A stretch of DNA of 64,000 nt from Octopus bimaculoides (Eukaryota), in NCBI RefSeq assembly GCF_001194135.2, contig NC_068982.1, positions 144,390,139-144,454,138 on the forward strand. The letters are read 5' to 3'. Below, in pieces: positions 56,268-64,000 of the stretch (its first letter is position 1; each line of letters starts with the position of its first letter). The position numbers were made by a program, and so were the translations under genes. The notes beneath the pieces were generated by a model. The model saw only the letters and a list, made by a program, of their open reading frames with translations. It did no database searches and was not told the DNA's origin.

Positions 56268-56798
56268 GGCACAGAAGTGGCTGTGTGGTAAGTAGCTTGC
56301 TTACCAACCGCATGGTTCAGGGTTCATTCCCACTGCGTGGCACCTTGGGCAAGTGTCTTCTACTCTAGCCTCAGGCCGACCAAAGCCTTGTGAGTGGATT
56401 TGGTAGACAGAAACTGAAAGAAGCCCGTCGTATATATATGTATGTATGTATGNNNNNNNNNNNNNNNNNNNNNNNNNNNNNNNNNNNNNNNNNNNNNNNN
56501 NNNNNNNNNNNNNNNNNNNNNNNNNNNNNNNNNNNNNNNNNNNNNNNNNNNNNNNNNNNNNNNNNNNNNNNNNNNNNNNNNNNNNNNNNNNNNNNNNNNN
56601 NNNNNNNNNNNNNNNNNNNNNNNNNNNNNNNNNNNNNNNNNNNNNNNNGTTTACGTCCCCGTAACTTAGCAGTTCGGCAATAGAGACCGATAGAATAAGT
56701 ACTAGGCTTCCAAAGAATAAGTCCTGGGGTTGATCTGCTCGACTAAAGGCGGTGCTCCAGCATGGCTGCAGTCAAATGACTGAAACAAGTAAAAGAGT
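56268..56798 (+). mobile_element. Young family B SINE (tRNA head, CORE-like CACCTTGGGCAAGTGTC, internal microsatellite spanning a gap, tail ...TGACTGAAACAAGTAAAAGA)
   Basis: B-box-like GGTTCATTCCC, CpGs retained, matches other copies. The CORE-like call is from recall of the MIR/CORE motif. Confidence 0.85.
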
Positions 56799-57164
56799 AT
56801 ATATATATATATATATATATATGCAAGAGAGAGATTGGGGAAAAGGAAGAGCATGAGAGATAATGGATGAAAAAGAGACAGATAGATAGAGTCCATCGTA
56901 CCAATACAGTGCAGCTTGACCTTTAGCTATACAACAATATCCTCCTAAGTTTGCACTAAACTATGTTCATTTGATCAATTGAACAAATTAATAACTATTT
57001 TTGATATGAAATACCAGTTCATATAGTTCAAGGTTGAACATCACTTGAACAACAGAGGATATGTTTCACTACACTGGGTAAAAAGGAAAATTTGTATTTA
57101 CTTTATTTATGGGTCCATGTGTGTCCCTACATATGTGTATGCATGAGTGTGCATATGTGCTGTG

Positions 57165-57830
57165 TTATCATTCTACACCCATTTTCCCAAACTTGCATGG
57201 GTTGGACAGGTCTTTTCCACTGCAGTGTATAGCCATGTGTTACAGTCCCTTTATCATCCCCTTTATAGGATTCAGCATCCTAATATCACCCTTTACCACT
57301 TCTTTCCACATTGCCCTCAGTCTTCCACTTCCATGATCCACCTCCTCTTGAATTACTTGATACTTCTGTGCCCACTGTGATCCCCTACATGCCTTATATT
57401 TTTGTACCACATAATCTTCACCCTTTTTTATACAACAGCCAATTCCTATAATACCCAGTTTGGCTTTCAACTCACTTGTGTTCCATTGTTCATTCACACC
57501 AACATTACACATTCAGTAGAGCTTGCTCATTCAACTCTTCCTGCCTTCATGCATTGCCTGCATTCAATTTCACAAACACTTAGTATCATACTTCATACAG
57601 AAGTATCATTCAATCTAATCCTATACCAGAAAGAATCCCTTTTTTACCAGCACAGGTGATTACTTGGTCAACATTTTCTACCCCATTCTTACTCTGGCTA
57701 TTTAGCTTTCAGAACACCTGCCTCAGCTATTGACCAAGTAATAGAAATGATCGACTATTTCTACAGAGCATTCTCAGTATTTTCAGGAATACATTTTATA
57801 AATGCTCTTCGTATGTCTACTACACCCAAA
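57165..57830 (-). mobile_element. Decayed RTE LINE ORF C-terminal fragment
   Basis: ORF-track peptide MCNVGVNE...ELKAKLGIIGIGCC...WKEVVKGDIR fits the RTE C-terminus; ends in the CAACCCATGCAAG tail motif. Confidence 0.75.
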
Positions 57831-58034
57831 GTCCTCTCTCAACCTATATGCAATCTCACTGAACTTCTTCTGCACCAGTAGTTTATACTGTTTAAGAAGT
57901 AATTGACTCCTGTGACACCAAGTTCAATTATTGAACATATTTACACACTTCATTTTTCAATTGTAGTTTTTGAGTCAATGAGGTGGCTCTCATTGCGGTC
58001 ACTCAACCTGCTAGAAATAACAGCAACATTCCCT

Positions 58035-58253
58035 TTAACCCTGCACTCTGTCAAATGTGATGCTTATTTATTCACATTGTTTTATGTTAATCATGCATTA
58101 TCTTGTAGCTCTGAAATTTTGATAATGTGATGTTTATTTTCAGAATGATATTATTAAGTAGATCTAAGAGGCCACATGCGGCCAGTTTAAACATAAGATT
58201 GGTGGAATTTGGGCCTGATACGACAAGTTTGTTTGCTATTGCTAAAGGGTTAA
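58035..58253. mobile_element. piggyBac-type MITE family 2
   Basis: TTAA|CCCT ... TGCTAAAGGG|TTAA. Confidence 0.8.
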
Positions 58254-59496
58254 ATCACACCCAACCATCTTTAAAAATGTAGAATATAGTTCTAAATACA
58301 CAACTGGAACACTTTTGAGCACAAGTCTGCTCTGTTTCTATCAGAACTGTCAAGAGGATAAACAACAACAACAACAACAGGTATGTTATATAAACACAAA
58401 CACAAATATCCACATATGTAAACAATTAAAATAAGTGAACTGGGTTGCTTTGATATTCAATTAGTTAAGAGACTTCATATGTTATAGAAAGCAACCTCAA
58501 AAGGAACTAAAAAGCCTCTAAAAAAATGGGGTTATCTTTTTTCTATTGCTTAGTTAAGAAAAGGGCAACACTCGTGACCCTCTCAAGGACCTCTGCAAAT
58601 GGTAGGAGGAAGAAGGGAAGTTATTCTTAAACCAAAGGACCTAACCCAAATGCTTACACTAAGGTGGATTCTGCCAAACGAACTCAGTATGATGGTATTA
58701 ACCCATGGGATATCAAACTAATTCATATCCATATAATAGAATGCAAGTAGAAACTTCATAGAACATATGTGTGAAACAAAAGTGTTTTGCTTATGCTAGT
58801 ATTGATACAATATACAATATAATAAAAAGTAGCTCCTAGTAAGTAAATTCTATAATGTGATTTCGATTCCTGATCAAAACAATTTCATTTCACTTGCAAT
58901 ATTGTTTGTGTCTTTGGGAAAGTCATGTACATTACAACATCTCATTTTTACCTGCCCTATAAAATAATTAATTCTGCAACCTTGAGTCCTAGCCAAAAAA
59001 AAATGGTATTATAAGAAGTCATATCAATGCTATGTAGGTTAAATATTTGATAAAGATCTGTAGTTTTGGAAGATAGATTTATGTTAGTTTTAGCAACGGA
59101 TGGGGGGGAGAGAGAGAGTGAGAGAGAGAGAGCGTCTCCCCACCAACCCTTAGTTTGGTTATTATTGGTTCAGATACATTATCAACGTTAACACCCACTG
59201 TTCCCAGACATTTTCACCTTTGCAGATTGTTAGGATATAAATGTAGAGAAGAAAAAAAAAAATAATCAGAAAGAAACCGAGTGAAGAAAAACTTGGGAAG
59301 GCGAACATCTATGATGTTGTGCTTGAATGAAAATAAGCATGCATATATATATAAACTCACACACACACATTTAGACACAGATAAGACTTCGCAAAAAATA
59401 AAACGATAGCTACACACAGTATGATCCCCTAAAACTATAGATATATGCCATACCTTTATGTATGTTTGCATGAATATATATATATATATATATATA

Positions 59497-59556
59497 TCAT
59501 CATCATCATCGTCGTTTAACGTCCGCTTTCCATGCTAGCATGGGTTGGACGATTTG
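59497..59556 (-). mobile_element. Extremely 5'-truncated family C copy inside a (TA)n tract
   Basis: Terminal ~57 bp of the shared tail with TA on both sides. Confidence 0.85.
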
Positions 59557-59692
59557 ATATATATAAAGAGAGTGGCAGATATATGTGTATACATCCACAA
59601 GAAAAGTACCGATTTGGAAATTGTGATAAACATGTGAATGCATTTGTTATTCTTATTTAGTAACATACATGCATTTTACCCACTTAAAAAAT

Positions 59693-59730
<38 letters not shown>

Positions 59731-60046
59731 GAACACAAATACACTGCTAACTTGAAAACAGATGCTAGTGCATATGTTCACACAAGCACACACTCACACC
59801 TAGAATTGGGGGTTGTGCTTGCACAAATAAATGAATAAAAGATTACAGGAACACTGTATTTTTGCCTTGCAGACATGCACATATAACTACACTCACACAC
59901 ATTTTACTAAGTTTCACTTGAGTATACGCTAACACTCATGTACATAAACAGTGTAGTGTAGCTGAATGTAAAAATACACACACACACTATAACTAGCTAA
60001 ATGAAGAATTACACAGTGTCCATATAACAATAAACATCTCATACAA

Positions 60047-60077
<31 letters not shown>

Positions 60078-60197
60078 TTACTACTCTCACAGAAATAACA
60101 ACATCATAGTAGGAGAGAATGTAAATCTAACAGTAATCAGCTGAGATAATAACTCAGATATGGCAACACTGTTGCTTATAGTATCATGCTTTTGACC

Positions 60198-60211
60198 ATG
60201 TGTGTGTGTGA

Positions 60212-60276
<65 letters not shown>

Positions 60277-60420
60277 CATACGTGTATGCGTGTAATGCAT
60301 GTTTGTGTGTTTGAATAATGCACGATTCGTGTTGTGTTTGCACGTATGTGGCATTTATGTGCATGCACATGCATGTACTTGTGCACATCTGTGCGCATGT
60401 GTGCACACATGCCCGTGTGA
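60198..60420. repeat. (TG)n plus degenerate TGCA/TGTG low-complexity tract
   Basis: Direct inspection. Confidence 0.9.
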
Positions 60421-61679
60421 AACTGCTTGATAAATAAAATGTCAAGATAAAGCTGAATGAACACAAAAGGAAATGATATCAGTGATGATCATAATAATGA
60501 TGATGTTGATGATGATCATGATCATGATACAATACAACTATAGGTGTGGTTTGGAATTTCAAATGCCAACATAATAATCCTACTGTAAACAACAAACAAA
60601 CTGAAATAAAAAATAAAATTTTACTTATACAGAAAAAAAAATGCGGTGTAGGAGGGGTTAGATCATTGTAATTTTTTTTTTCTTTTTCAAAACCTGTTTT
60701 CATATTTAGAGCAATATTAAAAAAAAAAATTAAAATTCATAAAAATGGACCATTAGGTCACCAGACCTTATCTCTAAACAATCCTATACAAGTTACCTGT
60801 TACTAACTGCACATGCTAAGATAAAAAACATTCGTTTTTCTTTTTTCTTTTTTGAGCCCATGCATCCAATATGATAAAAATTTATGAAGTATTTAACATG
60901 GAAGAGTTAATAACAGATCCACATATCTAAGCAAGTTAAAAGAGGTACTGAAGAACTAAATAAATCACGGGCTGTATACTCATATTTTGCTTACAAAAAT
61001 TTCAGTAAGTCTCTTTCTGGGCTACACATTCACTTCTATACATCGACCTGTTGGGAAGAATTTTCTTGTGACAGAAATGAAGTTACCTCCAGTCCCAATC
61101 CAATATAATGAAAAGCATTCCAGTTATTACTCTCTTATTATTTCATTCAAACATAATGTACTGAGATATACAACATCCTATAAGTCCTTTTCTTTTTAAG
61201 ATGACAGGACATGACTGGAAGAAGATTTGGCTGCTATTTCTAGCAGATCAAGTGTCCACAACTTAGGTTTCCTAACTACTGATATCTCCTGACTCAATGG
61301 ATCCTTATGGTTTAAACAAAGATCAACAAACCATCATCATCAATAATGTAATAGTAACCTCAAATGGTTCAATATGATAATGGATAATTAGTTTCAATGA
61401 AAGTAATGCGAAATGTTTTACAGAAAGGACCTATGTACATCAATGCATAACAGGACAGTTTATGACTGTTATAAATGAAAACCCCAATAACAAAAGAATG
61501 AAATCATAAGGATTGATCCAATTGTAATATTTTATTGGCCTTGGAGACAAAGCTGATTCTAACATGAATTGAACTCTGAACAGGAATGTATACAATCTAA
61601 TGCTCTGCTATTTAAGCCATTATTACTAATAATAGGATAGCAGTGATAATAACAATTGTAATCATACTTGTTTCTAAAA

Positions 61680-61840
61680 TCGGCGTAAAGCCAGAAATTT
61701 AAGTAAGGGGAACGATCAATTATAATCAATCCCAATATTTGGTTGGTACTTTCTTCTATTGACCCTGGAGGAATGAAAGGTAACATTGACCTGGGAAAGG
61801 TATGAATTCAGAACATAAAGAACCATGAGAAATATTACAA
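61680..61840 (-). mobile_element. Family A SINE (degenerate)
   Basis: Core motifs are recognisable. Confidence 0.65.
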
Positions 61841-61977
61841 GACCAATCATCATCATCATCATCATTATTATTGTTTAATGTCCACTTTCCATGCTGGCAG
61901 GGGTCAGATGGTTTGACTGAGAACTGGCAAGCCAGGAGGCTGCACCAGGCTCCAATGTTCTAACAATAATAATAATG

Positions 61978-62578
61978 ATCTTTTCTACTATAGGTACGAG
62001 ACCTGAAATTTTGGGGATTAGTTGATTACATCAACCCAGTGTTTCACTGGTACTTAGTTTATCAACCCCAAAAGGATGAAAGACAAAGTTGATCTCAGTG
62101 GAATAATAATAATAATAATTCTTTTTACTATAGACACAAGGCTTGAAATTTTGGAGGAAGGGGTCAGTTGATTCTATCAACCACAGTGCTCACCTGGTTC
62201 ATACTTTATCAACTCCAAAAGGATGCAAGGCAAAGACAACCCAGGCAGCATTTGAACTCATTAATGTAAAATGAAACAAATGCTGCTGAGCATTTCATCT
62301 GGCATGTTAACGATTCTGCCAGATTGCTGCTTTATTATAATAATAATAATGACAATAATAATATTGGTTTCAAATTTTGCCACAGGGGCAGCCATTTTGG
62401 GGGAGAGGATATGTCGATTACATCAACCCAGTGTTCAACTGGTACTTAATTTATTGACCCTGAAAGGATGAAAAGCAAAGTCGACCTCGGCAGAATTTGA
62501 ACTCAGAACATAGTGACAGGTGAAATACCGGTAAGCATTTTGTCCAGCATGCTAACAATTCTGCCTACTCACCGCCTT
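61978..62578 (-). mobile_element. Three tandem family A SINEs separated by (AAT)n; 62365-62578 is the best preserved
   Basis: Repeated SINE units with AAT tails. Confidence 0.85.
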
Positions 62579-62594
62579 GATAATAATAATAATC

Positions 62595-62660
<66 letters not shown>
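62579..62660. repeat. (TAA)n microsatellite; other TAA tracts at 1-30, 241-288 and ~35440-35490
   Basis: Direct inspection. Confidence 0.95.
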
Positions 62661-62698
62661 TAATGATCAAATTTGCATTGAAATAAAATATTACTTAC

Positions 62699-63018
62699 TG
62701 TTTCAAACATTTTTACCAAATTGTGAACAGATTTGCGTGAACTATATCGTACTAAAGAGGCCAAGCTACGGCTCCGTTTCCCTATCAGAGTACTTTGTGG
62801 CAGTTCTTCCTCCTCTTCATGGATAGTTCCATAATCCGGCCGACCAATCCGTGATGACAGGGATAAAGACCGATGTGAGTAAATTTTCCGGTTCTTAGCT
62901 CTGCTCCTTGATTGATGAAAACTGCTCTCTTCTTTTTCTTTTAATGCTAAAATTCTTCGACATTTCGAAGCCATTGTAAATGTTATATGTAAAATACCAA
63001 AGTACAAAGCACCCACCA
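62699..63018 (-). CDS. Coding exon of an unidentified minus-strand gene. ATG at 62974 gives 92 aa MASKCRRILALKEKEE...RSRSLASLVRYSSRKSVHNLVKMFET; the frame is also open back to the acceptor
   Basis: Acceptor TTTTCATTTCTAG|TGG (exon starts 63018). Donor ACA|GTAAGT (exon ends 62699, phase 0). ACAATGG Kozak context. Stop-free, non-repetitive, CpG-rich relative to background. The poly-Ile tail in the ORF track is intronic (TAA)n read-through. Confidence 0.8.
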
Positions 63019-64000
63019 CTAGAAATGAAAATTATCTCCAACTATGCATGCAGGAACACTCACAAAAAGATATCAGACTCCAAAGCATCAGATATTTAAA
63101 CTATATAAACAAAAAGTTTCCAAAAAAAAACAAGGAATATAAAGAATTTTGGAAGATTTTATATACATACATACATACAGGCACACACACTCACTCACTC
63201 ACACACACACACTCCCTCACTCACATGCACACACAATTTTAAGAAAACTTCTAAAACTAACTTTTTACATATTCAAACATAGTTTGTTGTGAAATTTAGA
63301 TAGCAAAAGAAAAAAATTAAAAATACAAGAGCTTAGAGAAGCAAAATAGATTAATAGAAATTACTTTAAAACCAAACTATTGGAAAAGACATTGAGGAAA
63401 TGGGCTAGACTAATTAACTCCTTGAAACATGTTGAATAGAAATGCTTGAAGTTACAGCTGACAGACCCCCCACAAAAAATAAAATAAAATAAAGTACATA
63501 ACAGTTTTTACAGGTTACTGCACAAATCAATTCCATAGAAAACTTAGTTGAAAGATCAAATAGCATATGTGAAAACAATTTGTCATACATTATGTCAGAC
63601 AGTACTAGGCTAGGAGCAACAGAATTTTAAAAAAGGTATGATAGTGAAAAAACTAGGTAGAAACATCTTACTACAACTTAACAGGTGTCACCTGAGTATT
63701 TTTCAGTACAGTGCTAAAAAAACCTAGCAGCAGATAACTAAAGTGACAAAAATAGTAACTTTTGCAAATATAATTAAATAAAAGAAAAATCTAATGAGGG
63801 ACCAAAACAACAAAACAAAAGAAAAAAATAAACAGAAAAGAAAGAAGAGAGTCCTGATAAAATCTCCTCCCCAGCCAAATCGCCAGCTCACTTCAGTAGG
63901 AGCCCTCAACAACAGACTGGCAAGAGAGAGTTTGATGAACACAGTACTGCTTATGAAGTTACCACCTGATATTTATAAATACCATAGTAGGGTGGAAGGT

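Noticed and set aside
56268-56345. tRNA-like A/B-box heads here and in other SINE copies as tRNA genes
   Set aside because: They are SINE heads followed by SINE cores and tails; no complete cloverleaf.
63892-63965. Possible upstream non-coding exon (GAA|GTGAGC donor) feeding the 63018 acceptor
   Set aside because: Stops in all three frames and only moderate splice signals; cannot be supported without RNA data.

Overview
AT-rich, repeat-dense animal genomic DNA with 7 assembly gaps. The repeat families (tRNA-derived SINEs, a CORE-like SINE with an internal TG tract, elements with an RTE-type (GAT)n tail, TTAA and hAT MITEs) look like those of octopus. That assignment is inference from pattern recognition, not a database result. 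Most of the window appears to be intron of one large minus-strand gene that I cannot name. The best-supported coding piece is an exon at 63018-62699 (MASKCRR...KSVHNLVKMFET, phase-0 donor). About 31 kb downstream, inside a CpG-retaining domain (~29.3-32.1 kb), an exon ends at 31365 and encodes ...MGQCICQRHQ, an N-acylation-type start, also with a phase-0 donor. Next is a 93-nt phase 0-0 exon candidate (29374-29282) with a polybasic stretch and one in-frame TGA. Weaker micro-exon candidates lie at 16524-16499, 15120-15078 and 5283-5246. The rest is SINEs, decayed LINE fragments (CR1-like, RTE-like), MITEs and microsatellites. Nearly all ORFs in the supplied track are microsatellite, gap or repeat artefacts. 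No CRISPR, rRNA or intact tRNA gene was seen.
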